A stretch of 64,000 bases of DNA. Source: Octopus sinensis. Lineage: Eukaryota. Positions 40,087-52,740 of this stretch are shown here, piece after piece; position 1 is the first letter of the stretch, and each line of letters opens with the position of its first letter. Below the pieces are notes generated by a model. That model saw nothing but the letters and a program-made list of their open reading frames with translations. It was not told where the DNA came from and made no database searches. The translations under genes were made by a program, and so were the position numbers. Location: assembly GCF_006345805.1 (NCBI RefSeq), contig NC_042997.1, positions 198,028,001 through 198,092,000 on the forward strand, given 5' to 3'.

Positions 40087-40139
40087 TATATATATTATAT
40101 ATATATATATATATACATGTATGTATATGTGTACATTCA

Positions 40140-40860
40140 TATTTATTATATCAAAGACAATGCCTTTATGTGTTCGTGTATTACTTATACATTCGAAAAC
40201 TGCTGCACCGATCATAATGAAATTTGGAACACAAAATCGAAGCCCAGGCAGAAGGGTAATGCTGTGTGTTTCATACAATTTCATGGACAAAAATTTCTGA
40301 ATGGATCCTTATGATATTTGAAATTTAGATTCAATGCATAAGGGCAGGTATAATGCAATATATTTTGTTCGAATTTCGGATGGCTTAAAGGGGGCAGAAC
40401 TCCCCATGAAAATTCATAAATTTCCGATGCTGATGAAATTTCAACCATGGGTAATTGACACACATCAAGAAGTATTCTCAAAGTTTCCACTTCACATGAG
40501 GATTCTAAGACACCCTAATGGGGGCCTTAACTCCCAAATTTTAGTCATTTCTTTTATGATCCAAAATTGAATCAAAAGTACTCAATGGATCTTTACGAAA
40601 TTTGGAAATTATATTCTATGCATAAGGGCCATAACCCCCATGACAATTCATATATTTTTGCTGTTGAGGAAATTTTAACCATAGATATTAGATACAAATG
40701 AAGTAATATTTATAAAATTTCATCTTCTTACAAGTTAGAAAGTCCCCACCATGGGGACTTAACACCCACAATTTTGTCATTTCATCTAAGCAAAGACGAA
40801 TAGTTGTACTCTTGAAAGCTGTGGGGTCATCCGAGGATAGAAAATGCTCATTATTTGTAA
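40140..40860. repeat. Possible Helitron-like repeat with an internal ~235-bp duplication
   Basis: ccgatcataatgaaatttgg motif; 40402-40550 is similar to 40635-40782. Confidence 0.3.
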
Positions 40861-41584
40861 TTCAATGGTACAACATTGTATGAGTTTGCTTTGACATACA
40901 CTTAGATTGTGATTTCTGCAATGTGCTGCATAAATTGTCAAGTAAATGAGAGGCATCTTTATAACTTAAGAATGACAAGCTAAACTACGATATTTCCGTT
41001 TTAAAATCACTATATTGCGAATAAATACATCATCAAGAATTATATAATAAATAACTACATCGTAAATAGCTATATCTTAAATAGCTATGTTATAAGTAAA
41101 TATATCGGAAATAACTATATCTTAACTGTCGTAAATAACTATATCGTACATAGCTCTGTCGTAAATTACTAATACGAACTCTATCGTAAATTACTATATC
41201 GTACATAACAATATACTGCATAACTTTATTGCAAACTACGTCGTACATAGCTATATCGTACTAAGTTGATACCGGAAGTATCTCGAACGGAAATTGTTTA
41301 TAAAATCATTAGTGAGATATATATGTGAAAATGTTTCAACTCTATATTAGAACTATGTATTGGCAACTTCTGCAATATTATATATTGCAGGAAAGCAATA
41401 TATAATAATGAATTGACAAAACATGCATTTCAGATAATAATTTTCTATAATGGACGCATTTCTATTTTTTTCTCGGAGAGAAAACACACAGTCTAAGTTA
41501 CTATCAAATATCTTGCCTTGAGCCTTGAGCAGACAATATCTCGGAAGGAAATATGTCGTTTAATTTTGCAGAGCATTAAAATTA

Positions 41585-42150
41585 TTGGGTTGTCCGGAAA
41601 GTTCGTGCCGATTTATAGTAGCTTACCTTTCGACTTATTTTAGAACATGGTTGAGTCCATAAAATAGGATATGACCACACCTCCATTTAGAGCACAGTTT
41701 AAGCTATCTTTTCGTGGAAGAAGGTTTATGTTCCTATAACCTGTGTTAATTCTGTAACCCTTTAAAATGGAAGATAAGAAAGTTCCTTTTCGGCACTTGA
41801 TGCTTTGGGAACCAGACAAAAATTGCTGCAGCTCGGCTGGGATGTGTTACCCCACCCTCCATATTTACCAGATATTGCTCCTTCGGATTTCTACTTATTC
41901 AGGTCTCTGCAGAATAGTCTTAATGGTAAAACTTTCACTTCCTTGGATAACGTAAAAAGATATCTTGATGAATTCTTTGCCATGAAACCACCGCGATTCT
42001 GGGAAGAGGGTATTTTCAAGTTAAAGGAAAGATAGAGATGCATTGTGCAACAAAATGTTTCATATTTGGTTGATTAAAAGTGTAATGGCAAGTAGTTATT
42101 GACCTTTTTCTTTTCTTTCAAAATCGGCACGAACTTTCCGGACAACCCAA
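41585..42150 (+). mobile_element. Internally deleted mariner (MITE-like) with perfect 30-bp TIRs
   Basis: TIRs ttgggttgtccggaaagttcgtgccgattt and aaatcggcacgaactttccggacaacccaa, TA on both sides. MEDKKVPFRHLML is joined to the C-terminal LPHPPYLPDIAPSDFYLFRSLQ. Confidence 0.92.
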
Positions 42151-42627
42151 TATTTACAATAAGCTTTTAAACTGTTTTCAATGAAAATGTTATAGACTGT
42201 CAGACAGGAAGCCAAGCAATATTCCCTATGGTAAATGTACATTTGCACAAGCAGTAAATTTCCCCTCAAACTTATATATTACAAACGTATATATTGCAAA
42301 ATCTATTCCCCGCAAACTTTATATGATGCCCTATAATACATCATATACACATACTCCTCTCTAGATATAAGATTTTTATGTTCATTGCTGATAATATCAT
42401 AAAACGTTTATTAGGTTGTAATGACTTTGGAAAGAATGTAAAAATGTTTTAATTACCAATCACATTTTTTATAGCTACAATTGACAGGAAATTGCATAAA
42501 AAATAATCCAGATTTAATAGTTTTGGGGTTGCAGGTTTTAAATATTGTCTCTAAATACTTTTGAGGCCATTGCTTCAACGATACATAAATACGCACACTT
42601 AAACCTACCTACCTACCTACCTACACA

Positions 42628-42959
42628 TCTTCTCTATATATAAAAGGCAGGTTGTCTGTCTGTGTGTCTGTGTGTCTGTCAGGTTGTACCCTCACCCTGA
42701 CCATGGCTTTCGACCGATTCTGAGGAACTTGACACAGACATAGCCCAATGTCATAATTCAAACTAACGCAGCGAAATTTTGAAAAGTTCCCCCAGTTCTG
42801 AAAAAAATTTATAAATTCCGCCACTTCAAGCAGTCAACGAGAGAAAACATGACCAGACAACATAACCTTAGCATACTTCTGCTAATCGCAGCTGCAGCCG
42901 CAAGTCGTTGCCTACTAGGGGTTCTTACATATCCGGGCAACGCTGGGCTATGCTGCTAG
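42628..42959 (+). mobile_element. Non-autonomous Helitron
   Basis: 5' A^TC..tctatatataaaa; 3' GC-rich hairpin ccgggcaacgctggg followed by CTAG^T. Confidence 0.7.
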
Positions 42960-43756
42960 TATACATATATAAAAATATATTTATAATAAATTCCAGGGAA
43001 GCAAAAAAATTTAGAAACTTTTCACTACCAGTGGTCTAGCGACAAGAAAAAAGCTAGTCAATAGACTATATATTATTCATATAAAAATTCAGTGAACATT
43101 TAAATACATAAGAGATGGCCATAACAGGAGTAGTTAAACTATAGAAGGAGTAGTTAAACTACAAACCACTATTAGGGGTAATTTCGAAAGGGAATGAAAA
43201 ATAAAAGCATTTACCCTCTATTTCTTGTACCATGGTTTCAAGCTATCTTCAGCAAATAAAATATAATGTCCTGTTATGTTTTTAAATTATACATAAAAAT
43301 ATATGTATATATAGAGAGAAAGAAGAAGAGAGAGGGAGAGAGACATAAATAGATAGATAGATACATAGGTAAATAGACAGAGATACACATATAGTGTACA
43401 TTGTATGTACAAATAGATGTACAAATAGATGTACATGCAAAATATCACAAGTATTAGTAGTTATGAAACTGAGCAAATTTGGGAGAAATTAGGATTAAAA
43501 AAAAGCAAGTTGATAATATTTATTCCTTTGTTTCTTTCACCATTATGATTATTTAGCACTTTGCATTGATTTTTCCAAGTGCAATTGGGTGTTTAACCAC
43601 AGGGGATATCTACGGAACACTTTATTGCCTTATGAAGGAAATATATTATCCGCTAACTTCATTTGATGGCCTATAATACATCTATAATATTTCATTCAAT
43701 GTATGTATGTATCTACCTATCTATCTGTCTCACAATTTATATATATATATATCATT

Positions 43757-44106
43757 TCTACTATAGGCACAAGGCCTGAAATTTGAGGGGAGGGGGCTAG
43801 TCGATATCATTGACCCCAGTGCGTAACTGGTACTTATTTAATCGACACCGAAAGGATGAAAAGCAAAGTTGACCCCGGCGAAATTTGGACACAGAACGTA
43901 GCGGCAGACGATATACCGCTAAGCATTTCGCCCGGTGTGCCAACGATTCTTATTTCTTTATTGCCCACAAGGGGCTTAACATAGAGGGGACAAACAAGGA
44001 CAGATAAAGGTATTAAGTCGATTACATCGTCCCCAGTGCGTAACTGGTACTTAATTTATCGACCCCGAAAGGATGAAAGGCAAAGTCGTGCCAGCTCACC
44101 GCCTTA
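43757..44106 (-). mobile_element. SINE family A, 2-unit array
   Basis: Reverse complement of family A units. Confidence 0.8.
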
Positions 44107-44605
44107 CCTCTCTCAATATATATATATATATGTACATATAAGAGATAATGGTGTCATTGAGACCCAAAGGTGTCAGGCAATGCTGAATAAATGCTATAGA
44201 CAGACCATAGTTAAGTTCCAGATTAGGGAGTACTGTGAATAAAGGGTTCAACGTTGGTTCTATGTCAGTGTGTGTGTCACTTTAAACACAAACCTTTGAC
44301 TCTGCAACACTGTATATAAATTCTCTGCTGGGAATGACCAACTTTAAAAATCTGCTGGATCTCACTCATAAGGGAATCTTACAATGCTTATAAACTCTAT
44401 ATTTGGAAGGACTCATATTAAACTCTGTTGGACCTTTGGATTTACTCATAGATTATTGGAATATTGCATATATACCATTATGCCTATAAAATGGATTTAC
44501 AACTTCAGTACCCATACATATCTTACATCTATTTTCTTTCCTCCACCTCAACCTCTATTTTGTATCACATCTAAACTAAATATGGCTTCACTTTCCTCTC
44601 ACACC

Positions 44606-44657
44606 GTCTCCGATGAAAGGATATTATAAATAAATATCCTAGAAACAGCTGTAAGAC
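44606..44657 (+). ncRNA. Type I hammerhead-like fold (CCGAUGA core, U4C) in a TA-flanked repeat
   Basis: gtct-CCGATGA-A-AGGATATT ataaata AATATCCT-A-GAAA-CAGCTG-TA-agac. 8-bp stem II, palindromic ACAGCTGT stem III. Confidence 0.55.
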
Positions 44658-44749
44658 CTTCTATCTATAAATGCTCTAATATCTACACAGCCTTGGTTTT
44701 TTATCTCATTACGCGAAGAATTCTGATATATATATAGGTAGTACAGGCT

Positions 44750-44786
<37 letters not shown>

Positions 44787-44829
44787 ATATATGTATGTAT
44801 GTGTGTATGTATATATATATATATATAAA

Positions 44830-45385
44830 GTGAGATAGGAGTTGTGAGTGTAACCCTCTATGGGATAACATATATCCAATATACTGTCAGTAAAGCACCC
44901 AGTAAAGTTAATACATAAATGCTAAGAATTTCAATGTAATTAATTCATTTATTGTATTATATGGGCGAAGGTAAAATGTTTTGCCTCAAATTCATAATAC
45001 AAAATAAGAAAATGGAAGAATATACTTTAATCAATCATCAACTACCTGATAATACCCATTCACATAATTTATTAACAAACTACATAGAACATCCAGATCA
45101 AACACAATAATACAGAACAAAACAGTACACATCAATGAGTTATATAATACCATAAGTACAATACGTAGCTGTTTCAACCAAGATCCAGTTTATATTTATA
45201 TATATTTATTTATACGTATTGTACTTATGGTATTATACTACTCATTGATGTGTACTGTTTTGTTCTGTATTATTGTTTTTGATCTGGATGTTCCTATGTA
45301 GTTGGTTAATAAATTATGTGAATTGCTATTATCTGGTATTTGATGATTGATTAAAATATATTCCTCCATTTTCTTATTTTGTATA
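44830..45385. mobile_element. TA-flanked repeat with an internal foldback (arms 44997-45167 and 45213-45383)
   Basis: The arms are directly readable. The 5' part is similar to 48815-48990 and 8815-8900. Confidence 0.75.
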
Positions 45386-46030
45386 TATATATATATATAT
45401 ATAAGTGTGTGTGTGTTTGAACTGGTACTTGTTTACCCTCTACGTAAAAGTGAACAGTAATGTTCACCAAAACAGGATTGAACTCAGCACCCCTAGTAGA
45501 CTGTAAAATCAGCCTCTACCGATTCTGTACCTCTGACATCCGCAAATATAAATGAATGTGTATTTGATTTAAGTTTCATATATTTTATAGTTTCAGCTTT
45601 ATTTATAACGCCATTAAAGAGAATGTAATAGCTGATGGCGATAGCTGCTTCGACGCTAATTATAAAAATTCTTGAATTCATTCGGAGAATGATTGTGAAA
45701 CATTCAGGCGATATTATAAGAATTAATGTCTAACATATCAAACAGATTGTATCATAAAATAGTAATAAATCCATAAATCTACTTAATTAATGTTTTAACA
45801 TGGTATACTATGAATCTGGATTATGTAAAATTATGTCTTTGATTAGTATTATGATTGTAATATTATGACCCGACCGTCTCCGTGCTCAGGCTGTTGTTGA
45901 AGATTAGGTACAGTTCAACTCAGTTCGAAAAAGCTTCTGATCACAAGCATTTCAACTCGTGATTATCTCGTTCGTATTAACATTTCGTACATCAAACACT
46001 ACATTATCGAGCGTCGATATTTTTATAAGA

Positions 46031-46417
46031 GTGGAGGCGCAATGGCCCAGTGGTTAGGGCAGCGGACTCGCGGTCGTAGGATCGCGGTTTCGATTCCCAG
46101 ACCGGGCGTTGTGAGTGTTTATTGAGCGAAAATACCTAAAAAGCTCCACGAGGCTCCGGCAGGGGATGGTGGTGATCCCTGCTGTACTCTTTCACCACAA
46201 CTTTCTCTCACTCTTACTTCCTGTTTCTGTTGTACCTGTGTTTCAAGGGGCTGGCCTTGTCACTCTCTGTGTCACGCTGAATATCCCCGAGAACTACGTT
46301 AAGTGTGCACGTGTCTGTGGAGTGCTCAGCCACTTACACGTTAATTTCACGAGCAGGCTGTTCCGTTGATTCGGATTAACTGGAACCCTCATCGTCGTAA
46401 CCGACGGAGTGCTTCCA
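46031..46417 (+). mobile_element. SINE family C (tail type 1), 12-bp TSD atttttataaga
   Basis: A box tggcccagtgg, B box ggtttcgattcc; TSD at 46019-46030 and 46423-46434. Confidence 0.9.
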
Positions 46418-46811
46418 TTCCCATTTTTATAAGACTATTAGTTATGATTTAAAACTAATATGGTTGCTGTTGCTTGTAAGTTTAGCGACTTTGTAGTAGC
46501 AGTCTCGGATTCAATTCAGAAAGGGAGAATATATTTACTAACCATATCAATATGATTATTTGTGTTTCTTCTACTCACGATGGAGAAACCGCTATATGGC
46601 GGTGCCCCAGCATGGCCACAGCTCATGAGCTGAAACTAGAATGAATCATATGAATCTAGTCGAGAGGTTCTCAGACTTTTTGGGCCACCGTCCCCCTTAT
46701 AGCCATATAATACCCTCAGTGTCCCCACCCCTATTTTGATGTATAAATAAATATTTTATATTTTACTAATTTATGTATACTATAAATCATTTGATATTTA
46801 ATATAATATTC

Positions 46812-47046
46812 ATTTTTCTTTATTGCCCACAAAGGGCTAAATATAGAGGGAGCAAACAAAGATAGACAACGGGATTAAGTCGATTACATCGACCCCAGGG
46901 CGCAACTGGTACTTTATTTATCGACCCCGAAAGGATGAAAGGCAAAGTCGACCTCGGCGGAATTTGAACTCACAACGTAACCGCAGACGAAATTACGGTT
47001 ACGCATTTCGCCCGGCGTGCTAACGATTCTGTCAGCTCGCCGCCTT
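46812..47046 (-). mobile_element. SINE family A monomer with a TSD of about 17 bp (atatttaatataatatt)
   Basis: Direct repeat on both flanks. Confidence 0.85.
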
Positions 47047-47087
47047 AATATTTAATATAATATTATATACTCTTCACTCTCTTTACC

Positions 47088-47285
47088 CTTTTACTTGTTT
47101 CAGTCATTTGACTGTGGCCATGCTGGAGCACCGCTTTTAGTCGAGCAAATCGACCTCAGGACTTATTCTTTGTAAGCCTAGTACTTATTCTATCAGTCTC
47201 TTATGCCGAACCGCTAAGTTGCGGGGACGTAAACACAACAGCATCAGTTGTCAAGTGATGTTGGGGGGACAAACACAGACACAAA
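47088..47285 (-). mobile_element. SINE family B tail half
   Basis: tacttgtttcagtcatttgact..ggacaaacacagac. Confidence 0.75.
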
Positions 47286-47526
47286 CGTATACACACACTA
47301 TATACAATACTATAATAATATTAAAATAAACTAATAGCGTCTCCCAAACCACTGCCTTCCTCCCAACGCCTCCTTTTTCTCTAACACTCCCCTACAGCTC
47401 CCTTGGGCACAGGCGCCCACCTGGACCGTTTCAACGCCCATCAGACTATGATCTAGTCTTTATAATTATATGCTGTGGAGTTTGGTTAGAAAATATGAAA
47501 ATGCGATGTTTTCAACATAATGTTAG

Positions 47527-47905
47527 TTACTTGTTTCAGTCATTTGACTGCGGCCATACTGGAGCACCGATTTTAGTCGAGCAAATCGACCCCAGGACTT
47601 ATTCTTTGTAAGCCTAGTACTTATTCTATCGGTCTCTTTTGCCGAATCGCTAAGTTACAGGGACGTAACCACACCAGCATCGGTTATCAAGCGATGTTGG
47701 GAGGGGGGGGACAAACACAGACACACAAACATATACATATATACGACGGGCTTCTTTCAGTTTTCGTCTACCAAATCCACTCACAAGGCTTTGGTCGACC
47801 CGAGGCTATAGTAGAAGACACTTGCGCAAGGTGCCACGCAGTGGGACTGAACTCGGAACCATGTGGTTGGTTAGCAAGCTACTTAGCACACAGCCACTCC
47901 TGCGC
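47527..47905 (-). mobile_element. SINE family B, full length
   Basis: Reverse complement of 1692-2100. Confidence 0.85.
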
Positions 47906-48628
47906 CGAAAATTAGTAGTTAATTATTCAAAATAAGGATCCACATGAAAAACGATTATCACCATCATCATCGCCGTGGTCGTCGTCATCACATCATATAT
48001 CCACTGCTCTGGTTGAATTCCATGGATCGCCTGCTTGTTTAGCCTTTCTTTCGTTGCTTTTAGACATTCACTGTAGTTTCATGTCTGTCCGATTCTCGAT
48101 ATCATCAGTCGAAGAAATTGGACTGATGATATCTGTTTTGTTGTCTTTTAATTGTTATTTTGAACGATATTCTTCCCGCTTTTTAAGCGTTCAAAGTATT
48201 TTAGTATTTTATCTCGTTGATAGTATCTCATAAAAGTTTCTTAGTTTTTGCTTATCGTTTATATATTTTATACCGAGAACATAAAAAAAAACATAATTAG
48301 AAATAGGAGAATATTGTAGTTCGCTTGAAGTATTGTGTATTGTTTGTAAAATATAACGTGTCTTGAATGGCACAACAATGTAGAATGGACTACGCCATCA
48401 GAAAAATCATACACTATCTACACCACCAATTCCATGAGTCTTTAAAATATTATTATAGTATTGTTGTGCCATTCAAGACACGTTATATTTTACAAAGAAT
48501 ACACAATGCTTCAAGCAAACTGCAATACTCCCCTGTCTCTATGCCTGGGCTAGTGCCTTCTACTACAGCCTCGGTCCCTGCAATGCCTTGTGATAGGATT
48601 TAGTAGACGGAAACCGAAAAAAGCCAGT

Positions 48629-48669
<41 letters not shown>

Positions 48670-48750
48670 CTTTTGTTAACTCTCCCGATATATATACGTG
48701 TGTGTAACTCCCAAGAATTGGTTGAGTACCCTTCTTTCGTTTGTCCACTC

Positions 48751-48811
<61 letters not shown>

Positions 48812-48814
48812 AAT

Positions 48815-49429
48815 TGAGATAGGGGTTGTGAATGCAACCCTCCATGGGATAACATATATCCAATATACTGCTAGTGAAGTACCCAACAAAGTTAATACAT
48901 AAATGTTAAGGATTGCGATGCAATCAATTCATTTACTGTATTATATGGGCAAAGGTAAAATGTTTTACCACAAATTCATAATACAAAATAAGAAAATGGA
49001 GAAATACATCTAATCAAATATCAATTACCAGACAAAACTCAATCACATACTTTATTGAACCACCACATAAGAAACTGTAGCGTTAAACATAAAAAAAGTA
49101 GAGCAAAACAGTGTGACCTACCATAAAAGGCTAATATAAGTAAAATGAGACATACTTATCTGCATGGCCGAAACAGCTGTAAGATGTAATCTATATTTAT
49201 ATTTATATTTACTTATATTTATATTCTCTTATATATAATCTACTTATTGTATAACATTACTCTTTTATGCACACTTTTTTACGTATACTCCTTTTTGTAC
49301 ACTGTTTTGCTCTACTTTTTTATGTTTAACCCTACAGTTTCTTATGTGGTGGTTAAATAAAGTATGTGATTGAGTTTTGTCTGGTAATTGATATTTGATT
49401 TAGATGTATTTCTCCATTTTCTTATTTTG

Positions 49430-49432
<3 letters not shown>
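48815..49432. mobile_element. Same family as 44830-45385; foldback arms at about 48981-49113 and 49298-49430
   Basis: Shares the gagatagg.gttgtga..caaccctc.atgggataacatatatccaatatactg start. The spacer contains GAAACAGCTGTA. Confidence 0.75.
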
Positions 49433-49464
<32 letters not shown>

Positions 49465-49489
49465 ATGTGTGTGTGTGTGTGTATAGCTA

Positions 49490-49718
49490 TGTGTGTGAGT
49501 GTCTTTATATCTATGTTCGTCCTCCACTACCGCTTGACAACTGGGGTTGATGTGTTTACGTCCCTGTAGCTTAGCGGTTCGGCAAAGAGAAACCAATTGA
49601 ATAAATATCAAGCTTAAAAAAAAATGTCCTGGCATCGATTTGTTCCACTAAAACCCCCCAAGGCGGTGCCGAAGCCTGGCTGCAGCCAAACGACTGAAAC
49701 AAGTAAAAGAATAAAAGA
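49490..49718 (+). mobile_element. SINE family B tail half
   Basis: gcttgacaac..gactgaaacaagtaaaag. Confidence 0.7.
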
Positions 49719-50149
49719 ATGTAGACCAATTACCAGCCACGTTGCTTTAGCTTGATGTCAACATACACCGTCCAGTAGTTCACAAATCTTTCCTCTTCTT
49801 TGCACGTACTGAATCAACTTTGATAAGTTTTCAAAAACTAAGCTGTCACGTCGCGGCTTAAACTACTATTAGGTTTTGCCGATGTTTAAACTATTGTAAC
49901 GTGTCTGGCACACGTAATGTCTCTCTCTTCTCTGTCTGTTTTCTCGCTAGTATAATCAGTCGCTTCATATGTTCGCATCTGTCTGGTCTTGTATCTTCTT
50001 CATTTAAGCACTGCGATCCTAATCGTCTCCCCGCCTCTTCTCACTCTCATTACATTCCACCACCATCGCTCTTCACTGCCTACCTCACCCAGTTCTTCTT
50101 TCTCAGAACATTATCCCACTGGAATTCTTTCACTGCTCAGAAGCCCATC

Positions 50150-50246
<97 letters not shown>

Positions 50247-50391
50247 GGGTGTGTGTGATTGTGTATAGAAGAATATATTAATAAAAGGAATTCCAACCTT
50301 GTCTGATTTTCACGTTTTATTTACAATCTTATAATGATATAATATAAGATAATATAATATAGTAAAATAAAATAAAATAATAGAATGTTAA

Positions 50392-50489
<98 letters not shown>

Positions 50490-51641
50490 TTGTTTTTGTG
50501 AATCCTTCCTATATATATATATATATATATATACACGTGTGTGTAACTCCCAATAACACATGTATCATTTTAAACGGAACATTAGTGATGTGAATTGCTC
50601 TCAAAGAACCTTCAAAGTAACCGACACTGCCCCTTCCTTCAGTTGCAGCAAATAACAAAAGATCGCAGCTTAACATCGCAAGAAAAGTTTACCAGTCGTT
50701 ATACAATAGCTCCACATCTTACAAGCCAAAGTAGCTTATTCGTTTGCACATCTTTTCATCTGTTTATATAACATCACTACTACAAAAGCCACTTTTATTT
50801 ATCTAACCTGAACTGAGATGCGTGTGTAGATAGATGAATTGGCCAGGTCTCAAAACTATGTTCGTTTTACTTTTCAGAAATGAAATTATCCGCTCTATAC
50901 GCGTGTGACATTCAAAATGACCAACTATTAATATTCAGATATAGAGCTTTGTTCTTATAAATGTTGTCGTTTTAAAATCTTATGTATTGTCGATTGATTT
51001 AATTCTGCTACTGATACTTTTTACGAATTGAATGTAGAGACAGCTTTCTTATATTACTTGAACTGTCATCTTTTCGATAACACATGAATTACTGTGAATA
51101 TTAATTTATATTATTGTTCACTGTTTAATACAACTTAAAATAAGACTGGCAAAAAAATATTCTGCTATCTTCGAAGTTGGACATTATTGGATTGGCTCCA
51201 GTTTGGTCATCATTCTTACTCTACCAGATACATATAATGCCACACAGTGCTTCCTTATATGCCGAAATATCTATTCTATACATTTTACGTCTTTAAATTC
51301 TTGGGTATAATTGGGGTGGTAATTACAAAATTGGAATAAAATTAATTCTGTCAGCTTTAATTAAATATTTGCTATTTTGAAAACAAATAATAATATTGAA
51401 GCTTTTAATATATTCTTTCGAATTTAGACACAAAACTAGCAATTCTAAGGCAGGAAAGAGTCTACTGCATCGACCTCTGTTTTGAAATGTCACTTAATTT
51501 TATCGGCCACCGAAGGGACTAAAAGTGAAGTCGATCTCGGCGAAACTTGAACTCAGAACATGAAGAAATGCCGCTAAGCATGTTGTGCGGCGCGGTAACA
51601 ATTCTGTTAACTCACTGCCTTAACGATATTAGCACATCAAA

Positions 51642-52237
51642 AGGCGGTGAGCTGGCAGAAACGTTAGCACGCCGGGCGAAATGTCTAGCGGTATTTCGTT
51701 TGCTGTTACGTTCTGAGTTCAAATTCTGCCGAGGTTGACTTTGCCTTTCATCCTTTTGGGGTCGATTAAATAAGTACCAGTTTCGCACTGGGGTCGAGAA
51801 AATCGACTTAATCCGTTTGTTTGTCCACTCTGTGTCTAGCTCCTTGTGGGTAGTAAAGAAATACGTATTTCGTCTGCCGCTGCGTTCTGAATTCAAATTC
51901 CGCCGAGGTCGACTTTGCCTTTCATCCTTCCGGGGTCGATTAAATAAGTACCAGTTACGCACTGGGGTCAATATAATCGACTTAATCACTTTGTCTGTCC
52001 TTGCTTGTCCTCTCGGTGTTTAGCCCCTTGTGGGTAGTAAAGAAACAGAAATAGGTATTTCGTCTACCGTTACGTTCTGAGTTCAAATTCCGCCGAGGTC
52101 GACTTTGCCTTTCATCCTTTCGAGGTCGATTAAATAAGTACCAGTTACGCACTGGGGTCGATATAATCGAATTAATTCGTTTGTCTGTCCTTGTTTGTCC
52201 TCTCTGTGTTTAGCCTCTTGTGGGTAGTAAAGAAATA
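51642..52237 (+). mobile_element. SINE family A, 3-unit array inside a 17-bp TSD
   Basis: gatattagcacatcaaa at 51625-51641; gatattagtacatcaaa at 52238-52254. Confidence 0.88.
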
Positions 52238-52740
52238 GATATTAGTACATCAAATGTTATTAAAACAATGGCCGAGCGCTAAATCATTTTATTTTATCAC
52301 ATAAAATTATTTTGCACTAAATTTGAATCGGACTTAATTCTTGAATTAGAAATAAACATAAAACATATAAACTAATCGGTCATTCAATACACAATGATGT
52401 ATAAAGAGAGAATATCTCTTCTGAGAAAGTAACTACAGAGGAGGTCTTTCTACGTTTGAGTGTACACAAATATGTTACACAAGATGGTACACAACATTAT
52501 TTTAATCCCAACTACTTCGTGTGTACCTTTAATTAGTAGTTCAATTCATAATAAGCTTCACCTGAAAACTTTTCTTGAATTAAACTATTCAGAATATCCA
52601 AGCATTAATCAGCCTTCCTGTGTGTGTATTGCATCTGCCATGGTAACTCTCTCTAATTGCTTTTATACTCTGATGAGAGTTTTCCTCCTGATCTATGTTA
52701 ACTTTCGCAAGGATGTCTGGTAGGGGATGCAAGTGACTCT

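Noticed and set aside
46031-46110. tRNA gene
   Set aside because: The A/B boxes belong to a SINE head that continues into repeat body and has a TSD; there is no proper cloverleaf.
50628-50740. Possible coding exon after cttccttcag
   Set aside because: There is no convincing donor site or homology.
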